Program-made: the position numbers and the translations under genes
Notes under the pieces: model-generated
Seen by the model: only the letters and a program-made list of their open reading frames with translations
What the model was told of the DNA's origin: nothing
The model's database searches: none
Part shown: in pieces, positions 30,264 to 42,436 of the stretch
How positions within the stretch are numbered: the first letter of the stretch is position 1
Layout of the letters: the number at the start of each line of letters is the position of its first letter
Assembly: GCA_963806855.1 (NCBI GenBank)
Contig: CAWDYW010000001.1
Span: 768,001-832,000, forward strand
Source of the DNA: an uncultured Verrucomicrobiae bacterium
Lineage (GTDB): Bacteria; Chlamydiota; Chlamydiia; Chlamydiales; Rhabdochlamydiaceae
Reading direction: 5' to 3'
Length of the DNA stretch: 64,000 nt

Positions 30264-31193
30264 TTATTTTGGCCAACACTGCTCATAAGAGAAATCAAAC
30301 TCATCATCTAGGCCTAACGTCTCCTTTGTAAAGCGTTCCCGCACTCCCCCTTTTGCTCTATTGTCAATTTCAGACATCTCATCTTCAGTGAGGGCGAAAT
30401 CACTGATATTGAAGTTCTCACGCATATGCGTCTCATTTTTACTGCCTGGCAAAGGGATGCAACCGTGCTGGATAATCCACTTAATGGCCACTTGAGATGG
30501 AGTCTTTCCATATTTCTGCCCAATTCTAGCCAGAAGGGGATCATGGCTGATACGCCCCCGCCCCAAGGGTGCCCAGGCTTGCACCGTGACTGAATGCGTG
30601 CGGCAGAGATCGATTAGCTCAAAATCGCAAAAATGGGGATGCATTTCAATCTGGACCCATGTGATTGGAACGCCTACTTCTAACGCTCTTTTCAGGTGAT
30701 TAGCCGAGATATTACTGAGGCCAATATGGCGGATCTTACTTGCCATTCTAAATTCATTCATAGCGCCCAATGTCTTTTCTATGGACATTTGGCTATTTGG
30801 AAAGTGGAGGAAATAAGCGTCAAGATACTCGATATTTAGCTCCGCTAAAGTGGCATCCAAATTTTTACGCAAATCTTCAGGAGACTGCTCATCAACCCAT
30901 ACCTTCGAAATCAGATAGAGCTGAGCGCGATCCTTCTCTTTTATGGCCTCAGCAATCCCACCGAAATTCTGATAATAAGTCGCCGTATCAAACATGCGGT
31001 ATCCAATTTGGATAGCTTGCTCAACTGCCTCGGTACAGTCTTGCCCGGTTAAAGGATAAGTTCCATAACCGACTATTGGGTACTCTACCTGATTTATCCA
31101 GCATTTCCCGCTCTCAGTATCAATCTCCACTCCGGTAATTGAAGCAGATAATTCCATGAGCAGCCCTATTGTAAAACCAAACAATTTATTCAT
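30264..31193 (-). CDS. Aldo/keto reductase (2,5-DKG reductase-like)
   Basis: GYGTY, DTATYY, SKVW, LHFP, IGLSN, AWAPLGRG. Confidence 0.92.
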   Translation of the reverse strand: MNKLFGFTIGLLMELSASITGVEIDTESGKCWINQVEYPIVGYGTYPLTGQDCTEAVEQAIQIGYRMFDTATYYQNFGGIAEAIKEKDRAQLYLISKVWVDEQSPEDLRKNLDATLAELNIEYLDAYFLHFPNSQMSIEKTLGAMNEFRMASKIRHIGLSNISANHLKRALEVGVPITWVQIEMHPHFCDFELIDLCRTHSVTVQAWAPLGRGRISHDPLLARIGQKYGKTPSQVAIKWIIQHGCIPLPGSKNETHMRENFNISDFALTEDEMSEIDNRAKGGVRERFTKETLGLDDEFDFSYEQCWPK

Positions 31194-31199
31194 GTTATA

Positions 31200-32066
31200 C
31201 TAAATTTCTTCTTGTGGCGATTCTATAGAGGGAAGGACAGCAGGATATTCAATTAGCCTTTCTCCCTCTTTTTTGATCTTCTTTTCTATTTTTTTAATAT
31301 CTTCTTCTGCTGGCAATTCTTCAGGATAAATGTTACTTTCTATCAGAACTCTGCGCACTCCTAGGTTATTTTTAATATGCTCTTCTGTGATCCGGTTTTC
31401 TCCCTGCAAGTCTTCCTTTTTGACATTAAAATGCGTGATTTCTCCTACGAAATCCTTAGCTTTAATTGTAATAGTCGGTAAAAAATCAGCTAAGGCTCGA
31501 GATTCAGCTACGCCTAATTTACGCTTCATTTCAATAGTGGTTTTCCCTCCGAAAAGAGCTTGATCCCCCTTGCTACGAATCCTGGCAAAACCCTGGTCAT
31601 CTACTCCATGTTGATAGAGAACGGAAGAGAGCTCTTTTTCCGTTTGCGTGAGTTTATGCCTCGCTTCGAGCCGTTCTAGCATTGCGATGTGTTGTTCGAG
31701 CAGTTCTTGTTTTCTAGTCTGCAGGGCAAAGTAGCTTTGAGCAAAAGCAATAGGCTCTTTGCGAGAATCTCCGTTTTGGGCAATCAAATAACAAGCATAA
31801 CGGGATAGCATGATATCTGGAATTTCTCGCTTGGTACCCGAACCGAGATTGACCATTTTCATGACCTCACGAAAATGGCTAGCTATAAGTGACTTAGAGT
31901 TTAAGCATGCGATTCTCGCTTTCTCAATAACATTCAGAAAATTCTCCCAACTACTATACTCAAAAAGCACCTGAAGATCCCTTGCCATCCAGTATTCAAC
32001 TTCTTGTTCAACATGTACGGTTTCTTCAAAGCTATTAGATAACCTGACAATGATTTCTTTTTTCAT
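31200..32066 (-). CDS. dinD: DNA-damage-inducible protein D
   Basis: EYWMARDLQ, LSRYACYLIAQNGD, AFAQSYFA, IRSKGDQALFG. Confidence 0.9.
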   Translation of the reverse strand: MKKEIIVRLSNSFEETVHVEQEVEYWMARDLQVLFEYSSWENFLNVIEKARIACLNSKSLIASHFREVMKMVNLGSGTKREIPDIMLSRYACYLIAQNGDSRKEPIAFAQSYFALQTRKQELLEQHIAMLERLEARHKLTQTEKELSSVLYQHGVDDQGFARIRSKGDQALFGGKTTIEMKRKLGVAESRALADFLPTITIKAKDFVGEITHFNVKKEDLQGENRITEEHIKNNLGVRRVLIESNIYPEELPAEEDIKKIEKKIKKEGERLIEYPAVLPSIESPQEEI

Positions 32067-32130
32067 ACATACCTAACCCACTAAAAGTTGTAGAGAGTTT
32101 AGAAGATTTTTCAATTTATTAGTAGGTCAA

Positions 32131-32170
32131 TACTCCGCGCCGTCAAAAATTGTGGATTTGGACCGAGCGG
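32131..32170. repeat. Degenerate TATACC-family arm
   Basis: TACTCCGCGCCGTCAAAAATTGTGGATTTGGACCG resembles TACCCCGCCTCGCCCAAAAGTGTGAATTTGGACCG. Confidence 0.45.
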
Positions 32171-32242
32171 GATAAAGATTTTTGGCTGGCCAACCTTAAA
32201 GATTTTTGATAGATTGATTTCCATATCGTAGGAGACTGTTTG

Positions 32243-32662
32243 ATGAAGTTCTATATTGCAACATCACTTTCGAGAATGACTGCCCATCATATGGTAAGGG
32301 ATGCCCTGAAAAATTGTGGTCATGAGCTGACATATGACTGGACGTTACATGGTAGTGTCAAATCGGTTAGCAAAGAGCGTCTACAAGAAGTGGCGTCACT
32401 TGAATTGGATGCTGTTTCGGAGGCCGATTTTGTCGTTGTTCTCCTTCCAGGAGGGAATGGGACTCATCTGGAACTCGGGTTTTCAATCGCAAGGGGAAAA
32501 AGAGTCTTCCTTCATACTGAGGACTCCTTAGTTTTTGAGCTTGGACCTCAGACCAATGCATTTTATCATCATCCTGATGTCTTTCGGCTTCATTGCCCTT
32601 TGGCTGATGTTGGTGCGACCGTTCATTCGTTACTCGCGCAACCCGCAATGCCCCTATCATAG
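32243..32662 (+). CDS. Nucleoside 2-deoxyribosyltransferase-like protein
   Basis: MKFYIA, TYDWT, ADFVVVLLPGGNGTHLELG. Confidence 0.7.
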   Translation: MKFYIATSLSRMTAHHMVRDALKNCGHELTYDWTLHGSVKSVSKERLQEVASLELDAVSEADFVVVLLPGGNGTHLELGFSIARGKRVFLHTEDSLVFELGPQTNAFYHHPDVFRLHCPLADVGATVHSLLAQPAMPLS

Positions 32663-32895
32663 ACCTCTTGCATAAAGGCTGGATGCATTCAGAACTGAAG
32701 GAATAACCATCTCGACTGAAAAATTTTATTTTGATATTCTCTTAGAAGACTGTTAACGGAATTGGTTTCATGTCAATTTTTTTGGGCGTTTTGAGCAAAT
32801 TTTCGATTCATTCCAAAGTGCAAAAATTAAGTTTTCTGAGCACTAGTGGTCCGATTTTATAGAGATAGCTCCAGCCTGTTATTATTGGAGGTGTT

Positions 32896-33816
32896 ATGTC
32901 AACAAAAGTAGATGGTACAAGACAGCTGCAAAATCGGGCTGTTTTGGGAATTTCCCTGATGATTTTAGGTCTTGCCCTCTATCCTTTATCCGATGCATTT
33001 ATTAAACATTTGATGGGGACCTATTCTGTACCCCAAGCTTCGTTTTTAAGAGCTTTTACCAGACTGATCCCTTTGCTTTTCACCGCCTATTTCCAAGGGG
33101 GATTTAGGAAAGTCTTAGGAACAAAATATCCTAGCAAACATATCGTTCGCCTTGGCGTTAACTTGATCTATACCCTCTCATTCATGTATGCCTTTTCTGT
33201 TGCCTCTCTGACAACAATCTATACTTTGAGCTACACCTCATCGCTCTTTATGATCATCTTGAGCGCCATCATGCTGAAAGAGTCGGTCACATGGGATCGT
33301 TGGGTAGCTGTGGGAATCGGAATGGTGGGAGTGATCATCGCCATGCGCCCTGGGACAAATGTTTTTGAAATTGCAGCACTTGTTGTACTCGCTGGAACTT
33401 TCTTAGGTGCACTCAATAAGATTTTAATGCGGCGATTGGCTGAGACCGAGCATAGTCTTGCCATTGCCATTTATCCCAATGTGATGATGATACTCGCCAC
33501 AACTCCATTTCTCATTACTACCTGGAAAGCGATGCCTCTGGAGCATTGGGGACTTTTTGCCATTGTCGGCGTCATCACGGCTGCTGGGCAATATTGCATT
33601 GCTCAAGCGCTACGGTTCGCACAAGGGTCGGTCCTAGCCCCAATCGACTACTCCACCTATTTTTGGGTAGTAGCCCTCGATTTGGTTTGGTGGAACAAAA
33701 TGCCAGATCGTTATATGTTTATCGGAGCTGCAGTGATTGTAGGAAGCAATTTGTATATCCTCTATCGCTCGAGAAAGGAAAAGGCTAAGCAGGCATCGGC
33801 GGTAGCCAAAGCGTAA
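32896..33816 (+). CDS. DMT/EamA family transporter
   Basis: About 10 TM; LKESV, MRPG, SVLAPIDY. Confidence 0.88.
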   Translation: MSTKVDGTRQLQNRAVLGISLMILGLALYPLSDAFIKHLMGTYSVPQASFLRAFTRLIPLLFTAYFQGGFRKVLGTKYPSKHIVRLGVNLIYTLSFMYAFSVASLTTIYTLSYTSSLFMIILSAIMLKESVTWDRWVAVGIGMVGVIIAMRPGTNVFEIAALVVLAGTFLGALNKILMRRLAETEHSLAIAIYPNVMMILATTPFLITTWKAMPLEHWGLFAIVGVITAAGQYCIAQALRFAQGSVLAPIDYSTYFWVVALDLVWWNKMPDRYMFIGAAVIVGSNLYILYRSRKEKAKQASAVAKA

Positions 33817-33963
33817 TCTATACCCGGTCCGTTTCAAAGGCACCCTAAAGGTAATAAGTAAACAACTGCGCAGACTTCGAGGTCAAAAGAAAGCCAAACT
33901 TTTGACTGGAAAAATTTGCACATCTACGCTAAATTTGAGAGCTTAAAAAAATGCAGGGAAAAG

Positions 33964-34512
33964 ATGATTCTTTCAGACTCAACAATTAAAGATTACATTA
34001 AAGTAGGAAGGATAAAAATATTTCCAGAATTCAGCCTAGCCGATGTTCGCCCTGCAGGTATTCGCCTTCACCTTGGAAGTGAACTTTTGATTCCTATTGA
34101 GGGTCAAACAGTGGATTTAGAATCAAATGAAGATATAAAATTTGAGCGAATTAGTATTTTGACAAACTGTTTTACTTTAAAGCCCGGTCAATTCATTTTA
34201 GGCAGTACTTTTGAAAAATTCCAAGTTCCAAGAAACATAGTATGTCATGTAGATGGACGAAGCACTGTAGCTAGAATTGGATTAGCCATCCATTGCACAT
34301 CAGGTATTATTGATGGCAATTTTGAAGAGGCAAGAACAATTGTATTGGAAATGAAAAATCAAGGACCTTTTGATATAGTGTTGCGACATAGAACTGCATT
34401 AGCTATGCTATCTTTTACCCAACTTTCTACAGATATTGAACAAGCCACACAAAAGCAATATAAAGGTCAAGAAGGTGTAGTTGCACCTAACTTAAGACTA
34501 CAAAAGAAATAA
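33964..34512 (+). CDS. dcd: dCTP deaminase
   Basis: MILSD, LKPGQFILG, GRSTVARIGL, IVLEMKN, YKGQ. Confidence 0.8.
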   Translation: MILSDSTIKDYIKVGRIKIFPEFSLADVRPAGIRLHLGSELLIPIEGQTVDLESNEDIKFERISILTNCFTLKPGQFILGSTFEKFQVPRNIVCHVDGRSTVARIGLAIHCTSGIIDGNFEEARTIVLEMKNQGPFDIVLRHRTALAMLSFTQLSTDIEQATQKQYKGQEGVVAPNLRLQKK

Positions 34513-34695
34513 TTTATCTCGAAACCTACTAAAGTTCAACCTATTGGAGAAATTGGCAAAAAGCAAGAATTGGGATTAGGACAAAATTTTTCTTGCAATC
34601 GCCCTGTTTTTTGAACATAAATAGCGCCTGTAATTTTAGCAAACCCAGGCGATATAATGCCCAAGTAACTTCTTGAAGTCACTTGGGGTATAAGA

Positions 34696-35088
34696 CTACT
34701 TAGTAGCTTCGTGAACTTTATCTTTTGCTTTTTCGGCAACTTCTTTGGTTTTATTTTTTGCTTCAATTGCTTTGTCTTTAACTTTTACAGCAACTTCTTT
34801 GGCTTTATCTTTAGTTTCTATAGCTGCATCTTCTGCTTTCTCAACAACCTCTTTGGCCTTTTCTTTTACTTGATAGGCTGTTTCTTTAGTGGCTACTGCA
34901 AATTCATTAGCCTTTTTTTGAGCAGCATGCTGATTTTCTTCTGCGACATGTTTTGCTTTCTTAGCAGCTGCTTTCTCTTTTTTATGGTTTTCTTTGGTAG
35001 TTTTATGGCTTTTTGCATATCCATCTGCACAGATTCCGCATAAAAGTAAAAGAGTTATTGATAGTATCGTTTTTGTGTTGAATTTCAT
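34696..35088 (-). CDS. Secreted Lys/Ala/Glu-rich protein with 11-mer repeats (LEA-like)
   Basis: Signal peptide; repeats such as KEKAKEVVEKA, KDKAKEVAVKV. Confidence 0.6.
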   Translation of the reverse strand: MKFNTKTILSITLLLLCGICADGYAKSHKTTKENHKKEKAAAKKAKHVAEENQHAAQKKANEFAVATKETAYQVKEKAKEVVEKAEDAAIETKDKAKEVAVKVKDKAIEAKNKTKEVAEKAKDKVHEATK

Positions 35089-35310
35089 AGAATTTCTCCT
35101 TTTTTTAATCTATGTACATTGTCGATCAGACATTGTCGTATGAATATCAAAAAGATTTCATTCGTTTTTTCGTAAAAGACGCTTTTATTTTGAGCGAAAA
35201 TTTGCTGTTATGCGATCCACCCTATTTAATTTAGTGATTATTTACAATGTTATTATTTCGCGAAATTATTTTTTTTCATAAAAGCTCTATGAAAAAAGGT
35301 GCTCGCGATT

Positions 35311-35357
35311 TATACCACGCCTTGCCCAAAAGTGTGAATTTGATCAATTGCGGTATA
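35311..35357. repeat. Collapsed TATACC-family element at left edge of hydrogenase module
   Basis: TATACCACGCCTTGCCCAAAAGTGTGAATTTG...GCGGTATA. Confidence 0.75.
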
Positions 35358-35421
35358 ACGATCTTTTTTGTTACTATCCGTCAAGAATTTGCATTCGCAA
35401 AATAGGTAGCGGTACAATTCC

Positions 35422-36500
35422 ATGGCTAGCATTGGTAATGAAGAAAACAAAGCGGTTCTTGCTTTAGAAGATGGCACTCTATTTTATGGACGAACAAACG
35501 GCAGTAAGCGGACTGTTTGTGGTGAGGTCATTTTTAACACCTCCATGACAGGATATCAGGAAATTTGTACTGACCCTTCTTATGCAAACCAAATTGTTCT
35601 CTTTACCACTAGCCATGTTGGAAATGTGGGGGTGAATAGTGAAGATTATGAATCCAGCCAACCATGGGTAAAAGGGATCATTACTCGTGAAATGTCAAAA
35701 ACAAGCAGCAATTGGAGATGTGAGCAAAGTTTTACGAGCTTCTTGAATGAGAATCAAGTGACTTGGATAGAGGGGCTTGATACTCGAAAATTGACGAGGC
35801 ATATAAGAAAAAATGGGACAAAAAATGGCTGCATTATGGTAGGTGAAGTACGACATCGATTTAGCCATTGAGCTTGCTAGGGGGTATATCCCACACTCTG
35901 CCGCAGATTTTGCAATTCCCTCTTCCATTTATAAAAACGATGCCCCGAGGATTATTATCTATGATTTTGGGGTGAAGTCAACTATATTAAGAATGCTATC
36001 ACGCCTGGGTTGTGAGGTTATCGTGATCCCAAGTCATATGTCAGCGGCCGAACTGCTAGCTTATATGCCCGATGGAATCGTCATATCAAATGGGCCTGGA
36101 AACCCTTCTTCGATAGGAGAAAGGATTAAAGAAATACGAGAGTTAGTTTTCAGCGGAGTGCCTGTGCTGGGAATTTGTTTGGGATGTCAGTTAATCGCTA
36201 TTGCTGCGGGAGGAAGTACAAAGAAGATGAAATTTGGGCATCATGGTGCAAATCACCCCGTTTACGATATCGAAAAGAAAAAGGTTTACATTACAAGTCA
36301 AAATCACAATTTTGTGGTTGACGAAACAACTCTTCCTTCTGAGTTTGAGGTTACACATGTCTCTCTTTTGGATGGTTCTGTGCAAGGAATAAGATCAAAA
36401 AACTATCCGGTAATGGGCTTTCAAGGTCATCCTGAAGGAGCTCCCGGGCCCGCAAGATATTGAGGAATTATTTGAAGAGTTTTTAGAAAGATGCCATTAG
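35422..36500 (+). CDS. carA: Carbamoyl-phosphate synthase small subunit (frameshifted)
   Basis: [38 protein letters not shown]. Confidence 0.92.
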
Positions 36501-39201
36501 ATCGTTCAATTAAGAAGGTATTAGTTATTGGTGCAGGGCCAATTGTGATCGGGCAAGCCTGTGAGTTTGACTATTCGGGAACTCAAGGATGCAAAGCCTT
36601 AAGAGAGGAGGGTTGTAAAGTGATCCTTCTCAATTCGAATCCTGCCACTATCATGACAGATAGCCATGTTGCCGATGTGGTTTACATTGAGCCTATAACG
36701 TCCCGAAATTGTGGAAAAAATCATATCGTCGAGAACGGCCAGATTCTCTTTTGCCTACGATGGGAGGGCAGACGGCTTTAAATTGTGCTCTAGAAATGGC
36801 GAGCCAAGGGATGTTGAAAAAATATGGCGTCAATTTTATCGGACTGAGCTTAGATACCATTGAGAAGGCTGAAAACAGAGAGCTATTTAAAGAAGAGATG
36901 TTGAAAATAGGGATTAGAAGTTCCAATGTCTTTCTCCAATAGATGAAGGAGAGCTTCCTTTTCCCGTTATTGTCCGCTGTTCTTTCACTTTAGGAGGGCA
37001 AGGAGGAGGCATTGCTCATTGCATGGAAGAATTAGAGCAAATCTGTAAGAAGGCTTCCCAATTTCTGATCGAAGAATCGATGATAGGATGGAAAGAATAT
37101 GAACTCGAGGTCATGAGAGATCGGATAGGAAATTGCATTGTCGTTTGTGGAATAGAAAATATGGATCCGATGGGAGTGCATACAGGGGATTCAATCACTG
37201 TAACTCCGATACAGACACTACAGATAAAGAGTATCAGCTGATGAGAAAAAGGGCTTTTCAAATCATGGAAGCCATCGGAATGGTTTCCGGGGGATGCAAT
37301 GTCCAATTTGCAGTAGACCCCAAAACAGGGAGAATGCTTTGCATTGAAGTGAACCCGAGAGTTTCTAGATCTTCGGCCCTCGCCTCAAAAGCAACAGGAT
37401 ATCCTATTGCGAAAATAGCAGCTAAAATTGCTTTCGGATACCATTTAGATGAACTTCGCCGTTTTCCTTTGAACCGGTAATAGATTATGTGGTGACCAAA
37501 ATCCCCCGCTTCAATTTTGAGAAGTTCCCTCAGGCAAATCAGCAGTTAACTACCCATATGAAATCAGTAGGCGAGGTGATGGCCATTGGTAGAACTTTCA
37601 AAGAATCATTTAATAAAGCCATTTCCAGCTTAGACACTGAAAAAGCTTTTCTGCTGAAAAATAATATCACCCGTGGATTCTTGAACCATAATTGGGATGT
37701 CTATGAAGAGGTTTGGTTAACAAAATAGATCCTGGTTTTAGCCAAATGACGACTTGGCAAGAATAGAGGTCTCTCCAAAATGTCGATGTATAGTCAGATG
37801 TACCGCTGGAAACAGATGGGGTTTTCTGATGAAAGCTGCTGCTCTTTTAAACTGTACAGAGAGACAGATCGTTGAAAAGAGAAAAAACTTAAAACTCCGT
37901 CCGGTCTATAAAAGAGTCGATACCTGCAGCGGCGAATTTCCAAATGAAATCGCCTACATGTATTCGACCTATGAAGAGGAGTGTGAAAGCAATCCCACCT
38001 CAAAGAAAAAAATCCTTGTTTTAGGAAGCGGTCCCAATAGAATTGGACAAGGAATAGAATTTGATTATTGCTGCGTCCATGCTGTGAAGGCAATTAGAGA
38101 TTTAGGATATGAATCGATTATTATCAACTGTAATCCAGAAACTGTCTCTACGGATTATGACACTACAGATCGGCTTTATTTTGAGCCATTAACTCTTGAG
38201 CATGTTCGTGAAGTGATCCGATATCGAAAAACCGCTGGGAACAATCATCCAATTTGGCGGACAAACTCCTTTAAACATCGGTAAAGCATTTACATAAGGA
38301 AGGCTTTGCTCTACTTGGGAACTACCTTTTGCTTCAATAGATCTGGCAGAAGATAGGAAAAAATTTCGATTATTTGCCGAGAAGATTGGGATTAAGCAAC
38401 CCCAAAATGAGATTTTTCTCATCTTGGCAAGAGGCTTTGCAGATGGCAAAGAAAATTGGATTTCCCGATGATTCTCCGCCCCTCTTACGTGATCGGAGGA
38501 AATGCTATCCAGATTATACGAGAATGAAAGTGAGCTTAAGGCTACTTGAAAAATGTCATCTGGAGATGTGGCACCTGTGTTAATGGAAGAGTTTTTAGAA
38601 GGGGCCATGGAAGTGGAAGTGGATGCCATCTCGTGATGGAAAAGAGGTGTTTATTTGCGGAATCATTGAGCATGTTGAACCTGCGGGCATTCACTCAGGG
38701 GATTCTATGAGTTTCTTATCTCCTTACCAATTGAATAAAGAGTTCCAGGAGCGCTCTCATGGAGCAAACAAGAACGATCGGCCAATCTCTCAATATTGTA
38801 GGATTATTTAATGTCCAATTCGCGATTCACAAACAACGAAATATTATCTTGGAAGTGAACCCAAGAGCTTCCAGAACGATTCCTTTGCTTTCCAAAACCA
38901 CAGGGCTGCCTCTTGTGCAAATCGCAACGAAATGCCATTCTAGGCCAATCGCTTAAAGAGCAAGGAATAGGCCTAAAGCCGAGCCAAAATTTTTGGGATT
39001 AAAGCTGCCCGTTTTCCCTTTTTCAAGACTGCATATTAAAAATGAGAAATTGGGCCTCAAATGAAATCAACAGGAGAGGTCTTATGCATAGGAAAGACAT
39101 TTAAGGAATTGTTCATGAAAGCCAAGGATCTACAAATGAGAAAATATTTGCAGAGTGATTTAGACAAAACTGCCTTATTCAACCATTTCTTGAATTTATG
39201 A
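36491..39201 (+). CDS. carB: Carbamoyl-phosphate synthase large subunit, short form (many frameshifts)
   Basis: [66 protein letters not shown]; ends shortly after that. Confidence 0.92.
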
Positions 39202-39221
39202 CACCCTTCTGTGAGGCGAAT

Positions 39222-40371
39222 GTGTCTAAATTCATGGAAATCCCTTATACTGCACTATCCACGCTCAATTTGAACAGCTGCTTGATTTGGTTAAAAATGC
39301 TGGTTACAAGTTGCTTGGCCCCACCCTTCGCGATGAGGTCATCATTTATGATGAGCTGCATTCGGCTAAAGATTTGCCGATCGGATGGATGGATGAGCAG
39401 GATCCTGGGCGATACCGTCTGAAACGCCGCAATGACAGCGCCTATTTTGGTTACAATTTAGGACCCCACAGCTGGAAAAAATATCTCTTTCCCCCCAAAG
39501 GAAAAGCTGTGGTCGGCAAAGAAGCAAGAGAACAATAAACTAGTGATCCTTCAAGAAGTATGGCCCACCGGATGAAAAGATGGCATTCATCGGGGTTCGC
39601 GCTTGTGAAATACAGGCAATTGTCGTCCTGGACAAAGTGTTCAACACAAAGCTAGCCGTCTATCAGCAATATCAGAGGCGAAGAGAAAATACGTTTATTA
39701 TGGCGGTCAATTGCACGACTGCTGCCAATACCTGCTTTTGTGCATCGATGCAGTCGGGCCCTGCATGTGAAAGAGGGGTATGATCTCTCTCTTACAGAGG
39801 TGATCGATGAGAGTCAGCACTATTTCTTACTCAGATTGGCTCTGAGAGAGGAAAGGCGATATGCGAGGGTCTACAATTCCGCGCTGCAACAGAGGCTGAG
39901 AGCGATCTCGCTCATGCGCGCATGTGGAGAGGACAATAGAAAAGATGATCCGCAAGGTCGACAACGCACATGTGCATGAAGTGTTACGAGAACAGTTGGG
40001 ATAGCAAACAATGGGACAAGGTGGCAGAGCGCTGCATCAATTGCGCCAACTGCACAATGGCCTGTCCCACCTGTTTTTGTTCAGATACAGAAGATGTTGT
40101 GAGTATTGATGCGACTCATGTAGATCGGTGGCAAAGTTGGGAGTCCTGTTTTAACTTGTCCCATTCCTACATTCATGGAGGAAGCATCAGAAGTTCTGCC
40201 CAATCGCGCTATCGTCAATGGCTTACCCATAAGTTCGGGACATGGTGGGATCAATTTGGGGTTTCGGGCTGTGTGGGCTGCGGCAGGTGCATCACCTGGT
40301 GTCCTGTGGGCATCGATGTGACGGAAGAATTAAAACAATTGCAGATAGAGCATAATGAAAAAAATCGTTGA
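39222..40371 (+). CDS. Group 3b hydrogenase beta subunit (AsrA-like 4Fe-4S), frameshifted
   Basis: GVRACE, CFCAS, CINCANCTMACPTCFC, CVGCGRCITWCP. Confidence 0.88.
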
Positions 40372-40820
40372 TATTTTAAGAGAGCATTCTTTTTTCAGGA
40401 ATTATCTCAAGAGCGATTTAGAGTTTATTGCAGGATGCGGAAAGAATGTGGTCTTTGAGGAAAAAGCAGGTGATTGCCAAACCTGGAGATGCTGCAGATG
40501 AATTTTATTTAATCGTCATGGACGGGTGGCATTGATTTTAGAAACTCCGCCGTATAAGCCTTTTATTTTTCAAACGCTCAGTGAAAATGAAATCCTCGGC
40601 TTGTCCTGGTTGATCCCTCCCTATCGATGGACAATTACGGTACAGGCTATACAAACTGTAAGGGCGATTGCGATCGATGGGGCTTGCCTTAGAGAAAAGT
40701 GTGAAAAAGATCCTGCTCTTGGATTTAAATTAATGAAACATCTCGTGCAAGTGCTTGTCAGCCCGTGAAGAGGCTGCCAGACTCCATCTGCTGGATATTT
40801 ATGGTACAAAAAACAGGTAG
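40355..40820 (+). CDS. Cyclic nucleotide-binding domain protein (frameshifted)
   Basis: GDAADEFY, ILGLSWLIPPYRW, CLREKCEKDPALG. Confidence 0.75.
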
Positions 40821-40825
40821 AGCAC

Positions 40826-41637
40826 ATGCTGATCCCTGCGATATATCAAGTCAAGAACCATCACCCATGAGACAGCGGATGTTTTTACTCTCACTCTGAC
40901 CGCAAAAGAAGAGGTGAGCGAATGCCTTTTTACCGGGCCAGTTCAATATGCTTTATCATTTTGGGTATTGGTGAAGTGGCGATTTCGATCTCCGGGGATC
41001 CATCAAATCAAGATCATCTCATCCATACCATACGGGCAGTGGGTTCCGTGACAAACCGATGCAGAAGCTAAAAGCAGGCGATGAAATCGGCGTGCGGGGC
41101 CCTTTTGGATCGCGGTGGCCTCTTTTGAAAAAACAGTGCGATGTTCTTGTGATTGCCGGGGGCATTGGTCTTGCTCCTCTTCGCCCTGCTTTGCTGGATC
41201 TTGCCGCACATAAAGACCAATACCAGAATATCACCCTTTTATATGGAGCGAGAAATCCAAATGATATCATCTATAAAACAGATTTGGAGAACTGGCAGAA
41301 ACAGGGGATCAAAATAGAGATTACAGTGGATCATGCTGATGTGAGCTGGCAAGGCCAAGTGGGCGTCGTGACTTATCTGATCAAAAAAAATATTAAAAAT
41401 CCAAAAAATACCCTTGTGTTCATCTGCGGCCCTGAGATTATGATCAAATTTGCCGTGCAGGAGTTATTTGGAGCTAAGGTAGAGGAAAAACATATTTTCA
41501 TCTCCCTTGAAAGGCATATGCAATGTGCTGTCGGTTTTTGCGGGCGCTGCCAATATGGCCCTTATTTCCTTTGTAAAGATGGTCCTGTATTTTCTTATGA
41601 ACAACTGCGACATTGGCTCATGATCAAGGAGTTGTGA
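40826..41637 (+). CDS. Group 3b hydrogenase gamma subunit (FAD/NAD(P)-binding, 2Fe-2S), frameshifted
   Basis: [38 protein letters not shown]...CKDGPVF. Confidence 0.88.
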
Positions 41638-42436
41638 TGAACAAACTCGCTATAGTGAAGCCGGAGCTTCCCAAACTGGCTGTATGGAAGTTTGCTTCTT
41701 GCGATGGATGCCAATTATCTCTGCTGGATTGTGAGGATGAGACTTCTCTCTATCACTGAGATACTGCAAATCAGCAACTTTCCTGAAGCCTCTAAGGTAA
41801 AAATCGAGGGCCCTTATGATATTTCTCTTGTCGAGGGGTCGATCTCTACAGAGAAGGATAAAGAGCGTATTCAAGAGGTGCGCAAGCAGTCTAAAGTGCT
41901 TATCACCATAGGAGCTTGCGCGACAGCCGGGGGTATTCAAGCATTGCGCAATTTTGCCAACATCGATGACTATATGCAGGTTGTTTATGCGCGTCCTGAA
42001 TATATCAGCAGCCTGGCTACATCAACGGCAATCTCCCATCATGTGCCATGTTGATTATGAGCTGCAAGGCTGCCCGATCAACAAATACCAGCTGCTTGAA
42101 GTGATCACGAGTTTCATAAGGGGAAAAAGACCTGCAGTCTCGAGCAGCAGCGTTTGCAACGAATGTAAGAGGAAAGGAAATATTTGTGTGACGGTAGCCT
42201 ATGGAATTCCTTGCCTTGGGCCTGTGACTCATGCCGGATGCGGAGCTTTATGCCCTACCTATCGGCGTGGGTGTTATGGCTGTTATGGGCCTAAAGAGAC
42301 GGCAAATCCCCTTGCCCTCACCCGTTGGTGGGAGAAAGAATTGAATACCGAGGCTCAATCGATCAAGCATCTTTTACGCAACTTCAATTGCGCAGCAGAA
42401 GCATTTCAAAAGGCAAGTGAGCATTATGAGCAGTGA
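41637..42436 (+). CDS. [NiFe]-hydrogenase small (delta) subunit, frameshifted
   Basis: [40 protein letters not shown]. Confidence 0.9.

Noticed and set aside
33964..34512. dCTP deaminase as antiphage nucleotide-depletion system
   Set aside because: It is the dUTPase-fold housekeeping Dcd type, not the Zn-dependent deaminase fused to a kinase-like domain
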